From contig CAWBAT010000005.1 in assembly GCA_963786955.1 (NCBI GenBank), positions 64,001-128,000 of the forward strand: a stretch of DNA of 64,000 nucleotides, read 5' to 3'. Source of the DNA: an uncultured Acidimicrobiia bacterium. GTDB taxonomy: Bacteria; Acidobacteriota; Terriglobia; Versatilivoradales; Versatilivoraceae. Below the pieces are notes generated by a model. It was given only the letters and a program-made list of their open reading frames with translations, made no database searches and was not told where the DNA came from. Shown here one piece after another: positions 48,039 through 57,734 of this stretch (positions within the stretch are counted from its first letter, which is position 1; each line of letters begins with the position of its first letter). Made by a program: the position numbers and the translations under genes.

Positions 48039-48830
48039 TTAGTTTAAGGCTCTCTCTTTGAGCCAGGCATTGAATTCTTCTTCCGGTAAAACCATCAAAT
48101 AGCCTTTCATCTTGTAATGCCCGAGTCCACACAACTCAGCACAGGCGATTTCGTATTCACCTGTTTTCAATGCTTTGAAGTGGATCGGGATGCGAAGCCC
48201 TGGGACGGTATCTTGTTTAAAGCGCAATGCAGGGACAAAAAAACTATGCGTGACATCTTTGGATCTCAAAAACACCTGGATATTACGATTCACGGGTATG
48301 GCCATCCGATTGATGCTGACAATATCATCTTTCGACGCAGGGTCTTTGGGGTCAAGCCCAACCGGGTTCTCTTGATCATTAATCAATTTCGGATCGGTGC
48401 GACCGAAGACTCCGTCTGGTCCGGGATATCGGATGTTCCACACAAACTGCTGCCCCGTGACCTCCATCTGGAGAGCATTGGCAGGGGGCTCCGACAAATG
48501 CAGTTGCGCCCATACTCTCTGTCCCAATATGGCAATGATGACGAAAGTAACGCCAGTCACCACCATGACAAGCACTTCGAACTTTGTGTTGCCGTGGGTA
48601 TAAACAGCCTTGCTATTCGGACGGTCACGGTACTTCCAGACATAGAGCCCCAGCAGTACCTGAGACGACACAAAGCCTATACCCACGACCACCAAAGTCC
48701 TTATAAACTGAGCATCAATCGCAGGCGCAAATTCCGAAATTCCTTCCGGAAACCAGCCATATCTTCCCGAAAAGAGCACTATGGCAGACAATGTAATGAG
48801 CCAGATGATGACAGCAAGAGCGCGTGACAT
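48039..48830 (-). CDS. ctaC: Cytochrome c oxidase subunit II (CuA, no fused cytochrome c)
   Basis: QF.W..RY, DVTHSF, CAELCGLGHYKM. Confidence 0.96.
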   Translation of the reverse strand: MSRALAVIIWLITLSAIVLFSGRYGWFPEGISEFAPAIDAQFIRTLVVVGIGFVSSQVLLGLYVWKYRDRPNSKAVYTHGNTKFEVLVMVVTGVTFVIIAILGQRVWAQLHLSEPPANALQMEVTGQQFVWNIRYPGPDGVFGRTDPKLINDQENPVGLDPKDPASKDDIVSINRMAIPVNRNIQVFLRSKDVTHSFFVPALRFKQDTVPGLRIPIHFKALKTGEYEIACAELCGLGHYKMKGYLMVLPEEEFNAWLKERALN

Positions 48831-49005
48831 CCTATAATCTCCTTTTACTCAAAAGGATAGACACCCTGCCCGGCAGCTTTCTGAGCAACCGAAGCACGAG
48901 CAGTAGAAGGCAAAAGAAGCAACGAAGAGACTGTTATTCGCCCAGTAGCCCGGATTCGAGTGAACACGATGGCAAACGAGCGAAATTTATCGATATCCGC
49001 TCACT

Positions 49006-49932
49006 TCATGCTTTGTCAATGACCATCATCGCGTAAATGAGAGGAAGGTAGATGACAGTCACATGCAAAAGGACCCTGGCCTGCAATCGGGATCGAAGGA
49101 CCGAGGCCCTCAGGGCAAAAAAAAGCAAGCTCAAACTGAGCAGAAGAGCCGCGCAAAAATAAAGGCTTCCGGTCATGCCAAGCATTGTCGGGGTCAGGCT
49201 CAGCGGGATCAAGACCAACGACGTCGCCAGGACTTCCAGAAACGCCAGGTTACCCTCAGGGTCCCGCTGCGGGAGCATGAGCATACCGGCGCATGCATAA
49301 TCCTCTTTATACATCCACGCAATTGCCAGGAAATGTGGGAATTGCCAGGCAAATAAGAGAGCATACAGCACCCACGCCTCGAGCCCGGCACTGTTCCTGA
49401 CAGCCGTCCAGCCCATGAGCACTGGGGCCGCCCCGGGGAAGGCCCCGACAAACGTAGCCCAACTGGTCTTCCTCTTAAGTGGCGTATAGACAAGCAAGTA
49501 ACTCAGCAGCGTCAGAAGTCCAATAACACTCGTCAAAAGGTTTACAAAGACGGCGAGGTACGCTCCCCCCAATACCGACAAGGTAATCCCGAAATTCAAT
49601 ACCTCGCTGGGTTTGAGTCTGCCTGAAGGCAACGGTCGCTGGGCCGTGCGTCGCATACGGCCATCCAAGTCACGTTCCATATAGTGATTTAAGGTGGCAG
49701 TACCACCGGCAACCAGCGCGGTTCCAAGAACCGCATGGAAAAGAGTCCAGAGACTCAGAGCACCTTGGGCTGCCATATAACAGCCAAGGCCCGTAGCAAT
49801 AAGGACGAGAAAAGTAACTTCGGGCTTAATCAGACAGAAATAATCCGACACCCGGGACAACGTGGAATCGGCCCGACTCGAAATGCCCGAAATCTCAACC
49901 TTAGTTATTTCTCCCTCAACCTTCATGATCAC
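49006..49932 (-). CDS. ctaB: Heme o synthase (protoheme IX farnesyltransferase)
   Basis: N...ERD.D..M.RT..RPLP.GR, YTPLKR, WQFPHF. Confidence 0.96.
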   Translation of the reverse strand: MIMKVEGEITKVEISGISSRADSTLSRVSDYFCLIKPEVTFLVLIATGLGCYMAAQGALSLWTLFHAVLGTALVAGGTATLNHYMERDLDGRMRRTAQRPLPSGRLKPSEVLNFGITLSVLGGAYLAVFVNLLTSVIGLLTLLSYLLVYTPLKRKTSWATFVGAFPGAAPVLMGWTAVRNSAGLEAWVLYALLFAWQFPHFLAIAWMYKEDYACAGMLMLPQRDPEGNLAFLEVLATSLVLIPLSLTPTMLGMTGSLYFCAALLLSLSLLFFALRASVLRSRLQARVLLHVTVIYLPLIYAMMVIDKA

Positions 49933-50834
49933 GATGCCTCTTGGGTTGCCCGAGATAGATTAAGGGGTGCGGCCGCTGGCGCCATTATCCGGAACACCTG
50001 AATGGTCAACACGACACAGGTTGCCAAAAGCAATGCTCCTACGGCTAAGTGCGCAGTGGTCACGGCCACCGGAAGCGGCAACGGTTGAACATCTTCGCGG
50101 CCTGTGAGTCTGACCAAATAAGATCCGACCCCCAGGGAAATTTGAATCATCAGGAGAAAGCCTAGCATTAGTGCAGGGTTGAAGAGTTCTGAACGATGCT
50201 CAAAGAATTTATAAATCCGCCCGATATACCAGAGAATTAAGATGGCGACCAGGAATGCCCCCGCCACATGAAATACAATTCCCGATTTCGAATGCCGGAG
50301 AGCTGCCCCCAATATCAGCTGCAAATAAACAGCAGCCGTGGCCCAAACACCAATTTTTCTTAATGAAAGTTGCTTCCTGTCCTCGGCCTCCAATTCAATC
50401 TTATTTTGCCAGCCTTTCGATGTCAGTAGGGCTAAGCTCGCAATGAGACAGAAAAAAGTCTGCGCCAGGCAAGCATGCATCACGGAGACCGGCGCCGGCA
50501 GGAATAAAAGGACTGTGAGGCCACCCAGTAAGCCTTGAGCAATGACTGCCCCCAGAGCGGAAAATGCCACGATGCGAACGAGCCTGCGTTTCTCCTGTTT
50601 CCAAACCCAGAAAGCCAGAATAACGGTCAGAAGGCCAACAAAACTGGCAATCATTCTGTGCCCATGCTCATAGAAAATTCCTCCGATCATGGGAGGAGTG
50701 AGGGATCCATAAGAAAGTGGCCAGTCGGGCACAGACAGGCCTGCCTCATTGCCGGTCACTAGGGCTCCGGCAATGAGGAGCAGGAAAGTGCAAAAGGCCG
50801 TGAAAAGAATGTATCTGTGCAGCCAGAGATTCAT
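49929..50834 (-). CDS. ctaA: Heme a synthase (CtaA/COX15)
   Basis: GA.VT...AGL..PDWP, EHGHR, QG.LGG.TV, H..LA. Confidence 0.92.
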   Translation of the reverse strand: MNLWLHRYILFTAFCTFLLLIAGALVTGNEAGLSVPDWPLSYGSLTPPMIGGIFYEHGHRMIASFVGLLTVILAFWVWKQEKRRLVRIVAFSALGAVIAQGLLGGLTVLLFLPAPVSVMHACLAQTFFCLIASLALLTSKGWQNKIELEAEDRKQLSLRKIGVWATAAVYLQLILGAALRHSKSGIVFHVAGAFLVAILILWYIGRIYKFFEHRSELFNPALMLGFLLMIQISLGVGSYLVRLTGREDVQPLPLPVAVTTAHLAVGALLLATCVVLTIQVFRIMAPAAAPLNLSRATQEAS

Positions 50835-50835
50835 A

Positions 50836-51642
50836 CTAAGACACGGTTTTTGCGGAAAGCGTGAAATCAACGGTTTTGGTTTCCTGCGGGCCAACGGTCA
50901 CCTTTTGGGTCGTCGCTCCGAGCTTTTCATGCCAGGCCTCAATCGTATATTCTCCAGGAGGCAGACCCTTAATCGTAAAGGATCCGTCTTTGCCTGTGAC
51001 TGCAAAAAACGGGTGTTTCACAACTCCGATGTAGCTCTTCATCCAGGGGTGCACGTTGCACTTAACCGGGATCATGACCTCTTCTCTCTTAAAGGTCCGG
51101 TCGAGTGGCTGGCCACCGGGAGACATCGAAGTATTCCATTCCTGATTGTTAGCAGGAACCGGATGAATATTGTGAGTCGTGGGGTCGCTATTCAAGATTT
51201 TGACCGGCTGGTTGGTTTGAACTCCGATCATATGAGGATGATACTGGCATCCTTTCTGATCCAGAGTCGCTGGCTCAGTCGGGGTTTCAAACACCTTGTC
51301 CCCTAGTCCATCCTTGACATAAACGAAGACGTATTCGAGAGTCTTATTGTCATTGACGACGATTTCTTCTCCATATACTGGCTCCTTGTGAAGTGCTGCA
51401 CAGGAAGCCTCTGCATCCATGCGAATCTGACGGGGCTTGGGGGCTTCTCCTTCGAAATTGATCTTCCCGGTAATCGTTCCCGCCGTTGCCGGATCAATCT
51501 TGGTTACGGCTGCCGCTGGCGCTCCAGATTCGGCTGGTTTGGTCTCTCCAGACTCAGTTGGCTTTTGACCTCCGCCACAGGCAACGAGAATGAGAATCGT
51601 CAGCAAAAATGCCAGGTAGATAAAGCGATTTTTTCCTTTCAT
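50836..51642 (-). CDS. Lipoprotein with cupredoxin-like copper site and carboxypeptidase-regulatory-like domain
   Basis: Lipobox LVA-C; LDQ.GC.Y.PH; HNIH; KCNVHPWM; G.F.I..LPPG.Y. Confidence 0.82.
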   Translation of the reverse strand: MKGKNRFIYLAFLLTILILVACGGGQKPTESGETKPAESGAPAAAVTKIDPATAGTITGKINFEGEAPKPRQIRMDAEASCAALHKEPVYGEEIVVNDNKTLEYVFVYVKDGLGDKVFETPTEPATLDQKGCQYHPHMIGVQTNQPVKILNSDPTTHNIHPVPANNQEWNTSMSPGGQPLDRTFKREEVMIPVKCNVHPWMKSYIGVVKHPFFAVTGKDGSFTIKGLPPGEYTIEAWHEKLGATTQKVTVGPQETKTVDFTLSAKTVS

Positions 51643-51685
51643 GGAATTGATTAACCTCTCCTTAAAATTTAGAAAACGGAACAGT

Positions 51686-54600
51686 TTACCTCTTTGCAAC
51701 CTTTGTTGGGGAAGAATTACCTCCACCGAGACGTCTTTGTTCTTCCGGGGTAAGCTGGAATATGTATCGAACCAGCAGCTGGGATTGGTCCTTTTCGTAC
51801 CCGGTAAAACTGGCGGGAAGCGGTCCAGCAAATACCCAGCGCTCGCCTTCCCGACGGAACAACCCCGAAGGCATTGACGTCCCCGGGGCGATCATAGCCG
51901 GCTCTGTAATCCATCGCTGAGTCCAACCTGGCTTGAGACGATCTTTGGCAAGCAGAAAGTTGGGAGCCGTCGCGTTACGGTCATGAGCAGGATCTCCCGT
52001 CGCATGGCATTTGAGGCACGGAGCGGCCTTGGAAGTAAATAAGTCGCGGGCCATCGATCTCTCTTTTTCCGTGAGCGGTTCCAAGTTGGGTGGCAGATAG
52101 GGCTGCGCTTGACCTGCAAGAGCGACAAAGAATCTCACAATTTTTCCAATCTCGCTATCGGAAAAGCTAAAAGTGGGCATTCGGACTTTCAAGTAAGTCC
52201 TCACCCCGTCCCGGTTCAAATCGGTCGAACTCAGTGCCGGATTGGCCAAGAAACGCACGAGCCAGTTGGGGTCCACCCGGGCGCCTTCTCCAATGAGTGT
52301 CGGCGGCAACTGTTCTTTCCAATCGGGGTCTTGATAGCGCGGAAGTCCTGACAAGACTGACTTCTGAATGGTCCTCAGCTGGTGGCATCCCATACAATTG
52401 TACTTATTAATCAACCACCAACCTTCCCGGATATCTTTTCCCTGACCCTTCGGGTTATAGAAGTAATGGGGGGGGAGATTGGAGTCCACACTCCCCAAGA
52501 GAAATGAGGTTACCGCGTTGAGATCGTCCCGGTTCAGATTGAAATTGGGCATCCGCAATCTTTCCAGCGGATCCTTGATTTTTCCCTCGTCATAAATCTC
52601 CGGCTTCTCCAGCTTGTGCTCAATAAACCCAACGTGGTTGTACCAACCTTTCTTCTTGGCGTCCTCCGTGAGGAGAGCAAAGTCCATCCTTTCGATCGGT
52701 TTGCTCCCTTCTTTGGTCAACTCGGTTCCAATGCGCCCTTCATCTTCAAGTCCGGAGATTTCATGGCAACCGGCGCAGCCATAATGCCTAACCAGCTTAA
52801 TTCCTTTTTCCTTCAACAAAGGATCATCCAGATAGCTGGCCGCTGGATAAGACGCATCAGGCCTTTTCAAAGTGATCAAGTAACTGGCAATATCCTGGGA
52901 CTCTTCCACGGTCAAACGGAGGTTGGGCATCACCGTCATCTGCTGCACTTGAAGTTCATGCCCATCATTGGGACAGAGTGTATGGTCCAAGTCGAAGACA
53001 AAGGGCAGGCCCTTTCTTGCGTAATCTTCAGGACCGATATCTTTTTTCTCAAAAGTACAGTAGGGACGAGTTCGCTCCCTTGGATTATGAATCCAGCGCA
53101 CGAGGTATTCGTAATGATCTTTTTCTCCCACGCGCGCTAGGTTTGCCGCAAATCCCCCCCCCATCATCTTATCCCCTTCGCCCACGGAGTGGCAGCCAAG
53201 GCAACCTCGTATCTCAAACAGCTCCTTCCCATGGACAGGATCACCTGTCTTCTGAGCTTGGAGAGTCCCCTGGACTCCCGATTGCCAGATAAAGGCAGCA
53301 ATGGTTTGGCGGTCCGCTTGACTGAGCCGGAAGGCTGGCATCCGGGTAGTGGGGCGAAAGGCATGAGGATTCTCCAACCAAACGGGAATCCACTCCTTCT
53401 TAATTTTGACTCGCACTTCCTTCAAACTCGGTCCCACCTTCTTGACTTCGCGTAACAGACTCTTCGCTTCAACGTCGAGTTGCTCAGCCTGGTTATTGAT
53501 ATTGCTAATACTTTGCCGCATGCCGTCAGCACGAGCATAGAGGCGCTGGGCCTCTTTGTTATCCGAGGCGGCATCCGCATCCAGGAGGCTTTGGTTAATG
53601 TCTTTCTCCAACCCTTTTTTGTCGGTCTCGAAGTGCCGGAGGGTGTTGCGATTAAGAGATAACGCTTCAGACTCCGTATCGAAACCTTCATAGCGATGAC
53701 AGCCGTTGCAGCCTCGCACACGGAAAAACTCTTTTCCCCGATTCAGGTTAGGGGCATGATCCAACACCAGATCGCTGACATGACACTGATTGCAGCCCGC
53801 TTCTGTATTCACTTTCGGAAACATGGGCCACAGCCAATGCTCGTAACGTCCGTGGGCCTTTTCGACACTGGTCGTTGCGGCGCCATTCCCATTATGGCAT
53901 GGGGTGCACCCAAATGATTCCGGATCGTGGATCTGCAACAATTCCTTGGTGGGGTGACTGGTAAAGGCCCGCTCTCCTCCCATCTCCTTTGCCGTAATCG
54001 TGACGGGTTCTCGAATCCCCAAATGACAACTTTCGCAGCGGTCCACCAGATCCACGGATTTCACATGGATCTGCTTGATATCGAAGCTAAAATTCCGCAT
54101 CTTCCGGATCAAACCGTCCACTTGTGCCGCTGTCAATCCATTCAAGTGATCTTTCATGAACGCGTCAATTTCTTGCTTGATTTCTGAGGATCGCTGGGTG
54201 AGTTCGCCGCGCTGGATCGTAAGCTGTGTCTTCCGTTGCTGCAAGCGATTGAATTCGTCTTCAAGCTCGCGAAAATTCATCCGCACGCTCTCTTCCTCTC
54301 CGGTCTCAAGCTTCGGGAGTGTTAGTTTGAGAGAGCGAACCTTAATCTGCTCAATGTCTGTTTTCAAAGATTCCCGGGCCCCTTGGGAAGAGGCCGTTTC
54401 CATGCGATACATCAAGGCTGAAATTTCGCTGCGCGTCAAGGCAAAGGGTTCCGTAATCGCGGCCAAGCGGCGGGTTGTGAGGTCAACGGCGTGATCAATT
54501 TCTTTCCGTTTAGGGGCAATTGAAGCTTCCGCCTGATTCATTTTCTCTTCGAGCTGGCGGTATTCGTCGGACTGGCGTACAGCCTTTTCAGCAACGGACT

Positions 54601-54805
54601 GGCGGGGCTTCATCTTCTCCAATAATAAAGTGTATTTCGAAACGAATTGGTGTTGGAAACGCTTCCAGGGGCGCAGCCCATAGATTTCGTCATAGACCGC
54701 CCATACCAGCGAAAGGATCAACAGCAGAGAAAAGAGAACAATGAGGGCACTCAGAGACTGAGCTACAACCGGATCTTTTTCATCAACTGAAGGGGTGTCT
54801 GGCAC
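51686..54805 (-). CDS. Membrane-anchored octaheme cytochrome c subunit of Rieske/cytochrome b complex
   Basis: N-terminal TM; eight CxxCH (CESCH, CTPCH, CNQCH, CNGCH, CLGCH, CAGCH, CMGCH, CLKCH); two coiled-coil stretches. Confidence 0.92.
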   Translation of the reverse strand: MPDTPSVDEKDPVVAQSLSALIVLFSLLLILSLVWAVYDEIYGLRPWKRFQHQFVSKYTLLLEKMKPRQSVAEKAVRQSDEYRQLEEKMNQAEASIAPKRKEIDHAVDLTTRRLAAITEPFALTRSEISALMYRMETASSQGARESLKTDIEQIKVRSLKLTLPKLETGEEESVRMNFRELEDEFNRLQQRKTQLTIQRGELTQRSSEIKQEIDAFMKDHLNGLTAAQVDGLIRKMRNFSFDIKQIHVKSVDLVDRCESCHLGIREPVTITAKEMGGERAFTSHPTKELLQIHDPESFGCTPCHNGNGAATTSVEKAHGRYEHWLWPMFPKVNTEAGCNQCHVSDLVLDHAPNLNRGKEFFRVRGCNGCHRYEGFDTESEALSLNRNTLRHFETDKKGLEKDINQSLLDADAASDNKEAQRLYARADGMRQSISNINNQAEQLDVEAKSLLREVKKVGPSLKEVRVKIKKEWIPVWLENPHAFRPTTRMPAFRLSQADRQTIAAFIWQSGVQGTLQAQKTGDPVHGKELFEIRGCLGCHSVGEGDKMMGGGFAANLARVGEKDHYEYLVRWIHNPRERTRPYCTFEKKDIGPEDYARKGLPFVFDLDHTLCPNDGHELQVQQMTVMPNLRLTVEESQDIASYLITLKRPDASYPAASYLDDPLLKEKGIKLVRHYGCAGCHEISGLEDEGRIGTELTKEGSKPIERMDFALLTEDAKKKGWYNHVGFIEHKLEKPEIYDEGKIKDPLERLRMPNFNLNRDDLNAVTSFLLGSVDSNLPPHYFYNPKGQGKDIREGWWLINKYNCMGCHQLRTIQKSVLSGLPRYQDPDWKEQLPPTLIGEGARVDPNWLVRFLANPALSSTDLNRDGVRTYLKVRMPTFSFSDSEIGKIVRFFVALAGQAQPYLPPNLEPLTEKERSMARDLFTSKAAPCLKCHATGDPAHDRNATAPNFLLAKDRLKPGWTQRWITEPAMIAPGTSMPSGLFRREGERWVFAGPLPASFTGYEKDQSQLLVRYIFQLTPEEQRRLGGGNSSPTKVAKR

Positions 54806-54830
54806 CTAAGGTGTCCTCCTACCTTGATTC

Positions 54831-55766
54831 CTAGATGTTAAACCAGGGCGTAATCCAAATATATTTGATCCGAAAAGCAAGCCTGGCAATGATCTTTACA
54901 GGCAAAAGCATCATCGTAATCAGAAAAAACTGCAGCGTTACATATTGGATAAAAGTCATTCTCCGATAGATCTTCTTGTTGAACTCATTCCAATTCATGA
55001 GTTTGTGAATACCGATTGCGGTCAGGACGCCATAAATCCCCGTGACAATCGCTCCGAAAATTCCCTTTCCCCACGCCCCGGTAATCCCGAAGAGATCCGG
55101 AAGATCGCGGTTTGCCTCAAAGACAACGCGATTGTGATCCCAGGTTTGCCCCGGCCAGAACCAGACCCAGCCCGGCCCCCGAATAAAAGTCCCAATCACG
55201 ACCATGGCTAGCCAGAGAAAGAGGAATCCGAAACAGAAGGTGAGAATGGAAAACTTGCGCTGCTTGTAGGTGTAGTAACCATTCCCCAATGGGTTGGCAT
55301 CAATGTAAGGAATGGCCATCAAACCCACTAAAATGAGGCTGGGCAGAACAACCCCTGCCATCCAGGGATCAAAGTAAACCAACATCTCCTGCAACCCCAG
55401 GAAATACCAGGGCGCCTTGGAAGGGTTCATCGTGAGTGTCGGGTTGGCAGGCTCCTCTAGCGGGGCATTGAGCGTAATGGACCAAACCATGAGAATCAAG
55501 GTGACGATAACCGCGGCGAGAAATTCGATTCTTAACAGGAAAGGCCAGACGTGTACTTCCTTATCCCAGCCTGGTTTCCAGGGCTGGACTTTGCGGTGGT
55601 GCGTCTTGGCCATCTGTGGATCGGCCTCGAGCTGCACAATAAGCCGGTCATTCGCAAACGACTGACGCAGGCCGTACCAGGTATAAAAGGGCACCAAGAT
55701 AATGAGCGCAACAATCGGCACATTATCCGGAGCCGACCCAATCTCCCACAATTGGCCCCAGTCCAT
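54831..55766 (-). CDS. Cytochrome b C-terminal / subunit IV-like protein, extended
   Basis: WP.L, APLEEPANP..T.NP.KAPWYFL, P.ID. Confidence 0.88.
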   Translation of the reverse strand: MDWGQLWEIGSAPDNVPIVALIILVPFYTWYGLRQSFANDRLIVQLEADPQMAKTHHRKVQPWKPGWDKEVHVWPFLLRIEFLAAVIVTLILMVWSITLNAPLEEPANPTLTMNPSKAPWYFLGLQEMLVYFDPWMAGVVLPSLILVGLMAIPYIDANPLGNGYYTYKQRKFSILTFCFGFLFLWLAMVVIGTFIRGPGWVWFWPGQTWDHNRVVFEANRDLPDLFGITGAWGKGIFGAIVTGIYGVLTAIGIHKLMNWNEFNKKIYRRMTFIQYVTLQFFLITMMLLPVKIIARLAFRIKYIWITPWFNI

Positions 55767-55878
55767 GAATCAATCCTCCCTTCCCCATGCGGATGACGGA
55801 CTACTGAAATCGAAAAGTCCCAAACCCATAACGCTATTCAATGCTCCTGCCGTTTTTCCGTTTTTCGAGCGTGAATAT

Positions 55879-56787
55879 TTAGATCTTTTTTTCCTCTTTG
55901 ATCTCGGAAGCCAGCATCATTGGAGCTGGACCCGAGATTCCGCCATCTTTGCGTATTCTCCAGAAATGGACGACCATGAATGCTGAAGCAATGATGGGGA
56001 TAGCGATACAGTGCCAAATGTACGCTCTCAGCAAAGCGTTGGAATCAACAATCGAGCCACCTAGTAATCCAAATCGGATGTCGTTATAAGGGGTCATTCC
56101 CAACAGCGGCCCGAATGGCCCTTCATGCCCCAAGAGGGGAGTCGCGCGGGCCATGTTGGTGCCCACGGTGACCGCCCAGAAACCCAATTGGTCATCCGGC
56201 AGGAGATACCCCGTAAAGGAAAGAAGCAAGGTAAAGAGCATGAGAATGACTCCGACGCCCCAATTGAATTCTCGAGGTTTCTTGTAGGAACCGGTCAGGA
56301 AAACACGGAACATGTGCAACCAAACCGTAATAATCATCAAATGCGCTCCCCACCGATGCATGTTCCGGAGCAGCTTGCCAAACGGGACATCGTGCTCGAG
56401 GTACAAAATGTCGCGAAAAGCCTGGACCTTGGTGGGATGGTAGTAAAACATCAGCAAAGTGCCCGTGAAGGTCAGAACGATGAACAGATAAAAGGTAATT
56501 CCACCCATCCCCCAGGTAAAATTGTACGCTACGGCATCTCGATTAATCTTCGCAGGGTGCAAGTGGAGGAAAACGTTGGAGAGCACGCCAAGAGCCCGGC
56601 TTCGAGGCTTGTCATCGTGCTTGACCCGGAAAATGGACTTATAAAGCTGAGTCTTTTCAACGGCCTTGAGAGCATTAAGGTCTTCGATTCCCTTTTGCTT
56701 CAGGACATTGACTTCCTCACGGACCTCTTCCAAAAAGGCCGTCATCCCTTTTTTTTCCGCATTCTGATCCCTGGGTTCGTCTGCCAT
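55879..56787 (-). CDS. qcrB: Cytochrome b6-like N-terminal subunit
   Basis: GG.T, R.MHRW.AH.M......H..RV, FTGY.LP.DQ..FWA, H-x14-H in helix D. Confidence 0.94.
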   Translation of the reverse strand: MADEPRDQNAEKKGMTAFLEEVREEVNVLKQKGIEDLNALKAVEKTQLYKSIFRVKHDDKPRSRALGVLSNVFLHLHPAKINRDAVAYNFTWGMGGITFYLFIVLTFTGTLLMFYYHPTKVQAFRDILYLEHDVPFGKLLRNMHRWGAHLMIITVWLHMFRVFLTGSYKKPREFNWGVGVILMLFTLLLSFTGYLLPDDQLGFWAVTVGTNMARATPLLGHEGPFGPLLGMTPYNDIRFGLLGGSIVDSNALLRAYIWHCIAIPIIASAFMVVHFWRIRKDGGISGPAPMMLASEIKEEKKI

Positions 56788-56844
56788 AGCTAAGTTCTCC
56801 AGAGGTGATTATAGGATTCGACTTGAGACCGGGGAACCCCCTGA

Positions 56845-57483
56845 TTACACCGCAATGAACGCACCAGGATCCCTAAAATGGGTGCGGCCGCCCTTGGGCC
56901 AATCATAGAGGACACTGGTATCCACAACGATCTGGCCTTCAGCATCCAGTTCGACTTTGGCACGATCCAGTGGCCGGGGCGCGGGACCTTCAAAGTTGAT
57001 TCCGCCGCTGTCATAGCCACTGCCGTGGCAGGGGCACTTGAATTTGTTCTCACTGGGTTTCCAGTCAGGCGTGCAACCAAGATGAGTGCAACGGGCATAG
57101 AGCACAAAAACGCTCTCTGCGTCTCGAACCACCCAAATTCGAAAATCCTTTTGAAATTTCGTGTCGACTCCAAAGGAAAAATCCGACGGGTAGCCAATTC
57201 GGAACACGGTCTTCGGTTCGTACAGGGTGCGTGGGAAGAAAAAGCGAAGGAACATGAAGAAGTTGGTTCCCAAAAAGCCCAGGATGCAGGCGGTCGCGAT
57301 ACGCCTTCTTCTTGGCACCACATCCATGGCTTCTCCGCTCTTGAAAAAACTCTTGAACCTGGTCATCAGAACGGACAACTTGCCAGGCTTCGGCATGACC
57401 TCAGGGGATTCGGCGGACACGACAGGGGGGGTATCAATAGGAGCTGAGGGGGCCGTCTCACCCTTGCTCTCGGAATTTGCCAT
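56845..57483 (-). CDS. qcrA: Rieske iron-sulfur subunit
   Basis: RR plus TM, CTHLGC, CPCHGSGY, GPAPRPL; ATG behind GGAGGAG. Confidence 0.95.
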   Translation of the reverse strand: MANSESKGETAPSAPIDTPPVVSAESPEVMPKPGKLSVLMTRFKSFFKSGEAMDVVPRRRRIATACILGFLGTNFFMFLRFFFPRTLYEPKTVFRIGYPSDFSFGVDTKFQKDFRIWVVRDAESVFVLYARCTHLGCTPDWKPSENKFKCPCHGSGYDSGGINFEGPAPRPLDRAKVELDAEGQIVVDTSVLYDWPKGGRTHFRDPGAFIAV

Positions 57484-57610
57484 TCTCTCCTCCAGTGGAA
57501 TCTGAAAACCTACCCACAAAGATCTGCAATGGCTGAATCTACACGATTGAAATGCTGAAGATTGAGGCTCAGAAAAAGTCGCGCAATCGAGACGATCTGG
57601 AAGCAAGCGC

Positions 57611-57638
57611 ATTGTAGTTGAAATAAAGGTTTTGTCAA
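57611..57638 (-). promoter_or_regulatory. Sigma70-type promoter for the respiratory operon
   Basis: TTGACA-N16-TACAAT on the minus strand ~130 nt upstream of the Rieske ATG. Confidence 0.65.
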
Positions 57639-57734
57639 TACGTTGCAATTTTTTTTTGTCGCCTACCAAACTTGCCTGTCGTTCCGCTCCCTTGTGTTAC
57701 ACTTTTTGCTGATTGTTCCAGAGGAGCACCTTCA

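Noticed and set aside
48117-48827. Long antisense ORFs (48117..48827, 56125..56793, 50749..51306, 42639..43274 and others)
   Set aside because: These are shadow frames opposite well-supported genes, with no motifs.
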